Shown here one piece after another: positions 7,851-16,615 of a stretch of 24,000 nucleotides of DNA. Under the pieces are notes generated by a model. That model was not told where the DNA came from. It worked only from the letters and a program-made list of their open reading frames with translations, and did not search any database. The stretch comes from Spirochaetia bacterium (lineage in GTDB: Bacteria > Spirochaetota > Spirochaetia > CADAEX01). A program made the translations under genes and the position numbers. The stretch is from positions 40,758-64,757 of the forward strand of contig JAFSOR010000018.1 in NCBI GenBank assembly GCA_017446885.1, in the 5' to 3' direction. Each line of letters opens with the position of its first letter. Position 1 is the first letter of the stretch.

Positions 7851-8861
7851 TTACAAGAAATATTTTATAGTTGCCTTTTTCTTAAGGTCATCAGTAACTT
7901 CGCGGACACTTTCTTTGAAGAGTGTATCCTGCTTTCTGGCAGTAAGATACTGAACAATTGTGTCCTTGACCGTGATGTTCTGCTCGTCGGAAACCTTGTC
8001 GGTCATCTCCAGAAGCTGAGGTTCGTTCACGCTTACAACCCGCACAATATGGTAGCCCACATTGGATTTGATTACAGGGCTTATGTCGCCCTGGCGCAGA
8101 TTGAATACTGTGTCAAAGAAATCCTCGCCCATGAACTTGCGTCTGTTGGAGTCGTCGATACGCAAAGTGCCAAAACGGCCGTGGTTATACTTGGAGGCAG
8201 AGTCGTCGGAAAGCTCAACCAGCTTGTCAAACTCGGCAGAACTCTTGCCAATCTGCCTGCTGTAACCGTTTATGCGCTCAAGAGCCTTCTGCTGCTCCAC
8301 AGAGTTAAGGCCGCGGGTATCCACATAGATGTGGTCAATACTTACCCGTTTAGGCACAAAGAACTGCTTGGTGTTCTCGTCGTAGAAGCGCTTTACCTCT
8401 TCGTCGGAAGGAGCCGGTATATTAGCCAGCTTACTGCCCTTGACCTTTCTGATATATCTCTGCACAGCCAGTGTTGTCTTGCTGCGGTCTGCATATACAG
8501 ACCAGCTTACGTTCATACGCTGCTCAACAAAATCTTTAAGCTGTTCGTCGGAAACATTGGCACCTGCACCCACTTCTTTCCTGATTGCAGAAAGAACCTC
8601 GGCCTCGGAGACCTGGATTCCCTCTTTCTCGGCAGCCTGGCGCAGAAGCACATCCTCTACCATAACCTCGAGAACTTCCTGCTCGCTTTTGTTCACGCCG
8701 GCATGCTGAAGCACTTTGATAGTCTGGTCCAGCTGTTTTCTGGAGATAATCTCTGATTTAGACAGGTTAACAATAGCAACCCTCTGGTCCATACTATCCT
8801 GAGAATAAACTGCCGCACAAAGCGCCAGCATCAAGAATACAGACAGAAGTATTTTTTTCAT
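7851..8861 (-). CDS. Secreted/lipoprotein SurA-like peptidyl-prolyl isomerase (parvulin/PpiC type)
   Basis: An N-terminal signal peptide MKKILLSVFLMLALCAAVYSQ is followed by a SurA-N-like helical region. The C-terminal parvulin signature is FGTLRIDD..FMGEDFFDTVFNLRQGDISPVIKSNVGYHIVRV. ATG 8861 is preferred over the GTG at 8864 and overlaps the secG stop (TGATG). Confidence 0.8.
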   Translation of the reverse strand: MKKILLSVFLMLALCAAVYSQDSMDQRVAIVNLSKSEIISRKQLDQTIKVLQHAGVNKSEQEVLEVMVEDVLLRQAAEKEGIQVSEAEVLSAIRKEVGAGANVSDEQLKDFVEQRMNVSWSVYADRSKTTLAVQRYIRKVKGSKLANIPAPSDEEVKRFYDENTKQFFVPKRVSIDHIYVDTRGLNSVEQQKALERINGYSRQIGKSSAEFDKLVELSDDSASKYNHGRFGTLRIDDSNRRKFMGEDFFDTVFNLRQGDISPVIKSNVGYHIVRVVSVNEPQLLEMTDKVSDEQNITVKDTIVQYLTARKQDTLFKESVREVTDDLKKKATIKYFL

Positions 8862-9184
8862 CACTCTTTATCCTGTGTGTTCTGGTTCCACCATTCTGTA
8901 GATTCAGCTTCGGTATTGCTCTTTACCGATCCAAGAAGATCATCCTTATCGGTGGATCTGTTGACCCATGCCAATCCTAAGGAAAGGATAAGGAAGAATG
9001 CGGCAAGGATAGATGTAAAACGTGTAAGCACGTTTCCAGACCTTGAGCCGAACGGTGTGTTGCTGGCTCCGCCGAAGATTCCGCCCAGTCCCTCGCCCTG
9101 CTCATCCTGTACAAGCACAAGAAGGATAAGAAGCAGCGATGCGATGACAAATAAAACAAGCAAGATAATACTTAAAATACCCAT
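8861..9184 (-). CDS. secG: Preprotein translocase subunit SecG
   Basis: The 107-aa, two-TM ORF has the SecG glycine-rich loop: LLVLVQDEQGEGLGGIFGGASNTPFGSRSGNVLTRFT. Confidence 0.9.
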   Translation of the reverse strand: MGILSIILLVLFVIASLLLILLVLVQDEQGEGLGGIFGGASNTPFGSRSGNVLTRFTSILAAFFLILSLGLAWVNRSTDKDDLLGSVKSNTEAESTEWWNQNTQDKE

Positions 9185-9197
9185 TCAAAAAACCCCT

Positions 9198-9953
9198 TTA
9201 TTCAGCACATTTCAGTATAGCAGCAAAGCTGTCGGATTTCAAGGCAGCACCGCCTATCAGTCCGCCGTCAATATTAGGCATAGCCAGAAGGCCTGCCGCA
9301 TTCTCCGGTTTCATGGAGCCGCCATACTGAATTATCATATTCTCTGCAGCATCTGCAGAATAAATCTCAGCCAGTTTTTCTCTTATCACCTTGTGTATAG
9401 CATCTGCGTCGGCGGCGGTGGCTGTCTTTCCAGTCCCTATAGCCCATACCGGCTCATATGCAATAACAATATGAGAGAGCATTCCCTCGCTGATATCTTT
9501 TAAACCATTTACAACCTGAGAGGTTACAACCTCCTCGGCTTTTCCTGCCTCGCGCTCGGCCAATGTCTCTCCTACGCACAGGATTACATCGAGCCCTTTC
9601 GAAAGAGCCAGCTTGACCTTGCCGTTTATGAAAGCGTCGGTCTCGCCATAGTAGCTACGCCGCTCGGAATGTCCCAGAATCACCACAGAAACGCCGACAT
9701 CCTTGAGCATGTCGGGAGAAATCTCGCCTGTGAATGCCCCGCTTTCTTTATCGGACATATTCTGGGCTCCCAAAAGGACATTTGTCCCCTTGACCACTTT
9801 ATTCACCTCTGAAAGAACAGTAAAGACAGGGCAGATGGCAATCTTGCACTTAAGACCTTTTGCCTTCTCCACAATCTCCTTTGCAAGAGCAACAGCATCA
9901 GCTGTGGTCTTGTTCATCTTCCAGTTTCCAGCAATATATTTGATTCTTGCCAT
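9198..9953 (-). CDS. tpiA: Triosephosphate isomerase
   Basis: Motifs present: IAGNWKMN, VILGHSERR, AYEPVWAIGTGKTA and YGGS. The tracked ORF begins at a GTG (9959). ATG 9953 has an AGAGG SD 5 nt upstream and gives the usual MARIKYIAGNWKMN start. Confidence 0.95.
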   Translation of the reverse strand: MARIKYIAGNWKMNKTTADAVALAKEIVEKAKGLKCKIAICPVFTVLSEVNKVVKGTNVLLGAQNMSDKESGAFTGEISPDMLKDVGVSVVILGHSERRSYYGETDAFINGKVKLALSKGLDVILCVGETLAEREAGKAEEVVTSQVVNGLKDISEGMLSHIVIAYEPVWAIGTGKTATAADADAIHKVIREKLAEIYSADAAENMIIQYGGSMKPENAAGLLAMPNIDGGLIGGAALKSDSFAAILKCAE

Positions 9954-9961
9954 ATCCACCT

Positions 9962-11142
9962 CTATTTCTGCAAAGCCACAATGCCCGGGAGTGGGAGCCC
10001 CTGGAGGAATTCCAAAGAAGCACCGCCACCAGTAGACACATGGCTAAGTTTATCGGCAAGGCCGAATTTGTTCACAGCTGCAACAGAGTCGCCGCCGCCC
10101 ACTACTGTGGTGCCCTTGCAGTCGGCAACTGCCTTTGCGATATCCAGGGTGCCCTTGGCAAAGCTGTCGAACTCGAACACGCCCAGCGGCCCGTTCCATA
10201 CTACAGACTGTGCCTTGGCTACTGCATCCTTAATAAGGGCAATAGTCTTAGGACCGACATCCATTCCCATAAGGTTGTCAGGGATATCGACAGCATCTAC
10301 AGCAACCGGGGCTGCGTTCTCGTCGAAAGCTTCTGCTGCAATATGATCCACAGGGAGTATTACATTGACTTTTTTGTCAGCAGCTGCCTTGAGGAAGTCC
10401 CGTGCTGTATCCAGATAATCGGATTCCACAAGGGATTTTCCCACCTTGTGTCCCTGGACAGAGAGGAACGTATATGCCATACCTCCACCTATGACCATGG
10501 TGTCGCATGTCTTTAAAAGACTCTGGAGCACGCCTATCTTGGAGGATACCTTTGCTCCGCCGATTATGGCAACAAACGGATGAGCCGGATTCTCCAGAAG
10601 CGGAGCCATGAACTTGACCTCTTTCTCGATAAGGAAGCCTGCGTAGGATGGCAGGAAGTGTGCCACCCCTTCGGTTGAGGCATGAGCCCGGTGAGCTGTG
10701 CCGAATGCATCGTTCACATAGATATCGCCATAGGAGGCAAGAGCTTTGGCATATTCTGGGTTGTTGGCCTCTTCATCGGGGTAGAAGCGCACATTCTCAA
10801 GAAGTAGCACTTCGCCTGCCTTTAGGGCCTTGACCTCTTTCTCCACTTCGGGCCCTATGACATCAGGGGCAACCTTGACAGGTTTTCCAAGAAGCTCGGC
10901 AAAACGCTTGCCTATAGGAGCCATGGAGAACTCTGGATTCTTCTTTCCCTTGGGCCGGCCGAAGTGGCTCATGACAACTAAAGATGTCCCCTTCTGGGAA
11001 AGGATATACTCAATTGTCGGCAATGCGGCCCTGATACGTGTGTCGTCCTTTACAACGCCATCTTTCAGCGGAACGTTGAAATCGACCCTGATAAGAACTT
11101 TTTTCCCAGTCAGGTCTGCATCGCGGATTGTATTCAGTACCA

Positions 11143-11143
<1 letters not shown>
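9962..11143 (-). CDS. pgk: Phosphoglycerate kinase
   Basis: The 393-aa ORF shows KKVLIRVDFNVP, SHFGRPKG, NDAFGTAHRAHAST, IIGGAKVSSKI and STGGGASLEFL. Its start overlaps the gap stop by 1 nt (TGATG). Confidence 0.95.
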
Positions 11144-12183
<1,040 letters not shown>

Positions 12184-12194
12184 TTATTATAATT

Positions 12195-12223
12195 AATATA
12201 AGATAAAGGGCTTTTTATGTCAA
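12195..12223 (-). promoter_or_regulatory. Candidate sigma70 promoter for the gap-pgk-tpiA... cluster (TTGACA-17-TATATT)
   Basis: On the minus strand, the -35 TTGACA is at 12223..12218 (inside the last codons of the upstream gene). A 17-nt spacer follows, then the -10 TATATT at 12200..12195, about 35 nt upstream of the gap ATG. Hexamer match only. Confidence 0.45.
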
Positions 12224-13003
12224 TTTATCGAGTATGCTTTTATCAAGGTCGGGGTGAATTCCAAGCCGGGTAAGCGAGAAATCGTAGCGCACAGGGTCGG
12301 AGGGGTCGTACTGGGCAAAAGAAGCTGTTATCTCCTGGGCTGTCTTAATATCGCCAGATTTTCGCTGTGTAAAGCCCAGCCGGGTGGCTATGTCGTGCAT
12401 ATGGGTGTCCACCGGCACCAGAAGGTCGCGCTTAGATACTTTTGCCCAGCCACCCGGGTCTACAGAATCGTGGCGCACCATCCAGCGCAGGTAAAGGCTA
12501 AAACGTTTGCAGGCGCTTCCCTTTTCGGGCGGGGTTATGAGCATGCCGCAGCACCCCTTGGAATGTTCCTGTATAAAGGCCATGAAATGGCTTATGCCGG
12601 CCATCATGTCGCCCTGGGTACCGCTGGGTCTGTACCCCTCTAAGAACAGCGCCTCAAGGCTGCCGTACTGCCGCAGTGCCTCCCCTATCGCATATAGGAA
12701 CGAGGCTATTTCACGGCATTTGAAAAACCGGTATACAAAGTCTTTATACTGTGTCTTAAGCATATTTAGCGGCAGTGCGGCAAGTTCTGCTGCGGGGTGC
12801 GGTCCCAGGGGGGACAGCACCTGGTCTACTGCCTTGAGTATAAGGTCCACCCGACCTACTGCAAGCGAAGATGCAATAAGGCCAGCTACCTCGCGGTCCC
12901 GGACATCGGCATATGTGCGCACCGGGGCCAGCGGATCGGGATATATGTACTGGGGCTTATGGTATGCGGCATAGACTGTATCCAAGATTTCTTTGACTGT
13001 CAT
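12215..13003 (-). CDS. Uncharacterised TIGR02757/DUF2400-like protein with a helix-hairpin-helix glycosylase-like motif
   Basis: The ORF is about 262 aa from ATG 13003 (MTVKEILD...). The segments YIYPDPL, FVYRFF, FSLYLRWMVR.D.VD.G.W and LLVPVDTHMHDIATRLGF match my memory of the DUF2400 family. The 22 upstream residues of the tracked ORF run through a terminator and the tRNA and are rejected. Confidence 0.7.
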   Translation of the reverse strand: MTVKEILDTVYAAYHKPQYIYPDPLAPVRTYADVRDREVAGLIASSLAVGRVDLILKAVDQVLSPLGPHPAAELAALPLNMLKTQYKDFVYRFFKCREIASFLYAIGEALRQYGSLEALFLEGYRPSGTQGDMMAGISHFMAFIQEHSKGCCGMLITPPEKGSACKRFSLYLRWMVRHDSVDPGGWAKVSKRDLLVPVDTHMHDIATRLGFTQRKSGDIKTAQEITASFAQYDPSDPVRYDFSLTRLGIHPDLDKSILDKLT

Positions 13004-13004
13004 A

Positions 13005-13039
13005 TAAATAAAAAAATCTCCTGCCGAAGCAGGAGATTT
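13005..13039 (-). terminator. Intrinsic terminator downstream of tRNA(CAT)
   Basis: Minus strand: AAATCTCCTGC-TTCG-GCAGGAGATTT, an 11-bp stem with a UUCG tetraloop, followed by TTTTTTATTT. It starts at the tRNA discriminator base, and the U-tract ends about 2 nt before the next ATG. Confidence 0.7.
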
Positions 13040-13112
13040 GGGCCCACATGGACTTGAACCAGGGACCACTCGATTATGAGTCGAGGGCTCTAACCAACTG
13101 AGCTATAGGCCC
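13039..13112 (-). tRNA. tRNA with anticodon CAT (elongator Met, or Ile2 if lysidine-modified)
   Basis: Minus-strand 74-nt sequence: GGGCCTATAGCTCAGTTGGTTAGAGCCCTCGACTCATAATCGAGTGGTCCCTGGTTCAAGTCCATGTGGGCCCA. It has a 7-bp acceptor stem (one G-U), D-loop AGTTGGTTA, anticodon stem CTCGA/TCGAG with loop CTCATAA, and T-loop TTCAAGT with one C-U mismatch in the T-stem. G1-C72 is paired, so it is not an initiator. No CCA is encoded. Confidence 0.9.
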
Positions 13113-13121
13113 GATACATAT

Positions 13122-13150
13122 AAATTAAATAAATAGAGTTTATTTGTCAA
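13122..13150 (-). promoter_or_regulatory. Candidate sigma70 promoter for the tRNA (TTGACA-17-TAATTT)
   Basis: On the minus strand, the -35 TTGACA is at 13150..13145 and the -10 TAATTT at 13127..13122. The mature tRNA 5' end is 10 nt downstream of the -10. The promoter sits immediately after the secF terminator. Confidence 0.45.
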
Positions 13151-13153
13151 TAG

Positions 13154-13183
13154 ATAAAAAAGAGCTCCTGTTTCCAGGAGCCC
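13154..13183 (-). terminator. Intrinsic terminator of yajC-secD-secF
   Basis: Minus strand: GCTCCTG-GAAA-CAGGAGC, a 7-bp GC-rich stem with a GNRA loop, followed by TCTTTTTTAT. It lies 21 nt after the secF stop. Confidence 0.7.
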
Positions 13184-13204
13184 TATATTGCATCAAAAAT
13201 GAGC

Positions 13205-14158
13205 TTATTTATTCTCTTTGTCTTTTGCAGGGCCTACAAGTGCAGCCTCAAGATCGCCCTCGACCTTAACCTTATGAATCTTTGCCATCCAGATGTAGAG
13301 CAGAGACGGTGCGATGTAGAATGATGAATATGTACCTACACAGATACCGATTATCAGGTTGAATGCGAAGTTCTTTATAGCTCCCACGCCGAACACATAG
13401 ATGGCAACTACTGCGATAAGTGTTGTCAAGGATGTGATTATACCTCTGGAGAGTGACTGGGAGATACTGGTGTTGAGAATCTGCTTAAGAGGGCTGCCCT
13501 TGAGCAGGATAACGTTCTCCTTAACTCTGTCGAAGATAACGATTGTAGCGTTAAGCGAGTAACCGATGATTGTAAGTACAGCAGCGATTGTGGTTACATC
13601 GACCTCAAGCTGGAGTGCTCCGATAACACCTACCATTACCAGGGCATCGTGAGTCAGTGCCATGATGGAGGAAAGGCCATATGCCAGCCGGAACCGGAAC
13701 CAGATGTAGATAAGCATAAGTGCCAGCGACAGGATTATAAGCCATATAGCCTGCATACTCAGGGTCTGCGAGAACCGTGGACCCGAGAACTCGGATGACA
13801 GTACAGTTACATTTGCGGCACCGAACTTGGCATCAAGAAGGCTCTTTACCTTGTCGGAAACAGCAACGCCGGTCTGCTCGCCAGTCTCGCGCACTCTTAT
13901 GCTGTACATCTGATCTGCAGGGTCGCCTACAACCTGAATCTGTGCAGCACCTGCCGGAGCAAGAACTGAACGCATATCAGCAATATCTGCCTTTGCAGAA
14001 GCATTTATCTGCACCCGCATGTTAAGACCAGACAGGAAGTCGATTCCCAGGTTGAATCCGCCCCTTGCACCTGTGATTATGAACAGAAGGATTATCACTA
14101 CCAGGGAGGTTATAGGAGCGATATATCTAAGTTTTGTAAATTCATATACTTTTTTCAT
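13205..14158 (-). CDS. secF: Protein translocase subunit SecF
   Basis: The 317-aa ORF has the typical SecF start (GGFNLGIDFLSGLNM) and the conserved TM block HDALVMVGVIGALQLEVDVTTIAAVLTIIGYSLNATIVIFDRVKEN. Confidence 0.9.
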   Translation of the reverse strand: MKKVYEFTKLRYIAPITSLVVIILLFIITGARGGFNLGIDFLSGLNMRVQINASAKADIADMRSVLAPAGAAQIQVVGDPADQMYSIRVRETGEQTGVAVSDKVKSLLDAKFGAANVTVLSSEFSGPRFSQTLSMQAIWLIILSLALMLIYIWFRFRLAYGLSSIMALTHDALVMVGVIGALQLEVDVTTIAAVLTIIGYSLNATIVIFDRVKENVILLKGSPLKQILNTSISQSLSRGIITSLTTLIAVVAIYVFGVGAIKNFAFNLIIGICVGTYSSFYIAPSLLYIWMAKIHKVKVEGDLEAALVGPAKDKENK

Positions 14159-14161
14159 CTC

Positions 14162-15889
14162 TTATTTCTCCCAGCTAATGCTTAATTTCTTCATGTGACC
14201 CACATCCAGACAGAAGTCAAAGATAAGTCTGGATACAAAGATTGCGGTGAACATGGAGGTTACAATACCTACAGCCAGTGTATATGCAAAGCCCTGGATA
14301 GGACCTGTTCCCAGCTGAGACATGAACACAGCTACGATGAATGTGGTTATGTTGGAGTCCATGATAGCCCAGAAAGATTTCTCGAAGCCTGCCTTTATAG
14401 CAGCGGCTGCAGTTTTACCCAGCCTGTACTCCTCTTTGATTCTCTCAAAGATAACTACGTTGGCATCGACCGACATACCTATGTTAAGAATAAGACCTGC
14501 AATACTGGTCAGGGTAAGGGTCAGATTGAATGCCGACAGGATACCTACCATAAGGTAAAGGTTCAAGAGCAGCATACAGTCTGCGATGACACCTGCTCCC
14601 TTGTAGTAGATAATCATGAAGATGATTACCAGGAGAAGACCAAGGCCCATGGCCCTGACACCCTGACGGATTGAGTCTTCGCCCAAAGAAGCACCTACTG
14701 CCTGCTGGTTACTTACTTCCAGGGAAACTGGAAGGGCCGCAGTTCTTAGAACCAGTGCTATATCCTGAGCTTCCTGCTTGTCGAGGCCTGACATGCGGAC
14801 CTGACCGCCCGAGATAGCTTCCTGGATTGTCGCACCAGCCTTTACATTGTCATCAAGGACAATGGAAAGGGTTTTCTTTACGTTTGCAGAGGTAAGCTTA
14901 AAGAAGATATCGGCACCTTCCTTATCCAGTGCAAAGTTGATTACAGGGCGGCCTGTGACAGGGTCGTTACCCACCTGTGCATCCACTATGTGTGAACCGT
15001 CAAGACCGATTTCCTCGCGGATTGCAATATGGTTTACTGTATAGTCGATTCCGTAGTTGTCTTTCTGCACAAAGCGCCTGCATACAACGCCGGCAGGGAG
15101 GATTGACTTGTCAATCGGCTGCTCGTCTGCATCCAGAGCACGGCCAGGATTCTGGTCGATATAAGCTCTTAAAGCCTGTGTAGCATCGTCATCTACAATA
15201 TGGAAATTGAGCTTTCCTTTTCCCATGAGGAATGCGTTGACACGCTCAGGGTCTGCGGCACCCGGGATTTCGATGGTTATTCCAGTATCTCCCTGCCGCC
15301 GGATCTGAGGCTCGGTAATACCGAACCGGTCGATTCTGTTGTTAAGAATCTCGATGGCACGGTCAATAGCACCCTTCTTGTCCTCGGCTGTAGGAGTCCT
15401 GCCCAGTTTTTCGCCCAGGCTGTCCATATCTGCCTCAAGCAGTACTGTCATACCGCCAGAAAGGTCAAGACCAAGCTGGAGAATGCTCTTGCTCTTCTCC
15501 TTAAGGCCCATGATATCGTCGCGGTAATATGCCTCTATGGTGTTAAAAAGCTGCTTCTTTGTCTTAAAGCTGCTTAAAACCTGCTGAATGCTCCATGTCT
15601 TAGGGGCATCCTTCTTCATCAGCTTGTAGTTTGCAGCAGCCTTGTCCTTAAGGAAGCTGTACTCAGCTGGAATTGCCTGATTCGGGTTCTCTTTGACCAT
15701 AGCCTCAAGCTTTTCCAAATCTTCGGCAGCCTTGGTCTGAGAGAAATTCCTGATCTGCTCTCTGGAGCCTGTAGCAATTGCCTTGGTGTCCTTGTCTACC
15801 CCGAAATACCATTTTCCGGTAGGATAGAGAAAGACTGTAGCAACAGCCACAACCAGAAGCACTATAATAAATCTGGCTCTCTTACTCAT
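14162..15889 (-). CDS. secD: Protein translocase subunit SecD
   Basis: The 575-aa ORF shows LGLDLSGGMTVLLEAD, AIEILNNRIDRFGITEP, and the C-terminal TM block LTLTSIAGLILNIGMSVDANVVIFERIKEE. It ends 3 nt before secF. Confidence 0.9.
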   Translation of the reverse strand: MSKRARFIIVLLVVAVATVFLYPTGKWYFGVDKDTKAIATGSREQIRNFSQTKAAEDLEKLEAMVKENPNQAIPAEYSFLKDKAAANYKLMKKDAPKTWSIQQVLSSFKTKKQLFNTIEAYYRDDIMGLKEKSKSILQLGLDLSGGMTVLLEADMDSLGEKLGRTPTAEDKKGAIDRAIEILNNRIDRFGITEPQIRRQGDTGITIEIPGAADPERVNAFLMGKGKLNFHIVDDDATQALRAYIDQNPGRALDADEQPIDKSILPAGVVCRRFVQKDNYGIDYTVNHIAIREEIGLDGSHIVDAQVGNDPVTGRPVINFALDKEGADIFFKLTSANVKKTLSIVLDDNVKAGATIQEAISGGQVRMSGLDKQEAQDIALVLRTAALPVSLEVSNQQAVGASLGEDSIRQGVRAMGLGLLLVIIFMIIYYKGAGVIADCMLLLNLYLMVGILSAFNLTLTLTSIAGLILNIGMSVDANVVIFERIKEEYRLGKTAAAAIKAGFEKSFWAIMDSNITTFIVAVFMSQLGTGPIQGFAYTLAVGIVTSMFTAIFVSRLIFDFCLDVGHMKKLSISWEK

Positions 15890-15906
15890 AAAATCTCCCC
15901 AGTTGT

Positions 15907-16263
15907 TTATTTATTTTCTTTTTTGTCTTCGACTTTCTCAGCCTCTGCAACCTTAGCCTCGTGGCTCTCGAGCACAGCGGCAATAGCTGGTTTGACAAAC
16001 TCAATCTTTGTGTTGTCATCAACCTTGACAACTACAGTCTGCTCTTTTACGGCCAGGATAACGCCCCTGATTCCTCCGATAGTCTGAACCTTGTCAAACT
16101 TCTTGAGGGCACTGAGCATCTTCTGTGTCTCTTTCTGCTTCTTATTCTGCGGTCTGATGATGAAGAGGTAGAAAATTGCGATTACACCGGCAAATGTTAT
16201 GAATGTTGTCACAGCAGAGCCGGCTGCCTGGAGAACAGGCATTCCCATAAGAATACTACTCAT
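15907..16263 (-). CDS. yajC: Preprotein translocase subunit YajC
   Basis: The 118-aa ORF has a single TM followed by FIIRPQNKKQKETQKML..L.K.DKV.T.GGI.G.I, which is typical of YajC. The C-terminal tail is Lys/Glu-rich. SD AGGAAG is present. Confidence 0.9.
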   Translation of the reverse strand: MSSILMGMPVLQAAGSAVTTFITFAGVIAIFYLFIIRPQNKKQKETQKMLSALKKFDKVQTIGGIRGVILAVKEQTVVVKVDDNTKIEFVKPAIAAVLESHEAKVAEAEKVEDKKENK

Positions 16264-16284
16264 TTTGCTTCCTTTAATAATAAA

Positions 16285-16313
16285 ATCACTAATTTTATAT
16301 AAATATCACTAAT
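16285..16313. repeat. Two 9-bp direct repeats ATCACTAAT spaced 20 bp apart across the yajC core promoter
   Basis: Plus-strand ATCACTAAT occurs at 16285..16293 and 16305..16313, both exact. On the minus strand these are ATTAGTGAT. One copy abuts the -10 and the other covers the predicted transcription start. Confidence 0.4.
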
Positions 16314-16328
16314 AAGGCCGATAGTCAA
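16300..16328 (-). promoter_or_regulatory. Candidate sigma70 promoter for yajC-secD-secF (TTGACT-17-TATTTA, TGn extended)
   Basis: On the minus strand, the -35 TTGACT is at 16328..16323. The 17-nt spacer ends in TGA and the -10 TATTTA is at 16305..16300, about 36 nt upstream of the yajC ATG. Confidence 0.45.
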
Positions 16329-16332
16329 TAAA

Positions 16333-16593
16333 CTAGGCTGTCACACCAAAAATCTTTTTAAGCTCTGCAAAGCTTTCCACCGGCTGGCCTGTCAGAGCAT
16401 TGTACTTGTCCAGAACCAGAAGTTGCTCAGATTCTGCCTTGGAATAGATGGCAGAACACACTGCCGCCTTGATCATGCCCCTGTCAAAAAGCTCGGCTGT
16501 GGACAGTTTTCCAAACTCCTTAGCCGATTTTTTATCGACAACTCCAGAATCTCCATCGTAGCCTATTGTAAAAATAAACTCTTCCCGTGTCAT
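16333..16593 (-). CDS. Small hypothetical protein (86 aa), family not recognised
   Basis: The ORF is taken from the internal ATG 16593 (MTREEFIFTIGYDGDSGVVDKK...KIFGVTA). It fills the gap between the carboxypeptidase stop (16616) and the yajC promoter. It has soluble-protein composition and no TM segment. The upstream 79 codons of the tracked ORF overlap the carboxypeptidase in another frame. The SD is weak. Confidence 0.45.
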   Translation of the reverse strand: MTREEFIFTIGYDGDSGVVDKKSAKEFGKLSTAELFDRGMIKAAVCSAIYSKAESEQLLVLDKYNALTGQPVESFAELKKIFGVTA

Positions 16594-16615
16594 ATCTTTT
16601 TTATTATAAGGAATT

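Noticed and set aside
13004-13069. An N-terminal extension of the DUF2400-like ORF (MVPGSSPCGPKSPASAGDFFIY).
   Set aside because: It would be translated through the tRNA gene and its terminator hairpin. The internal ATG at 13003 gives a sensible N-terminus.
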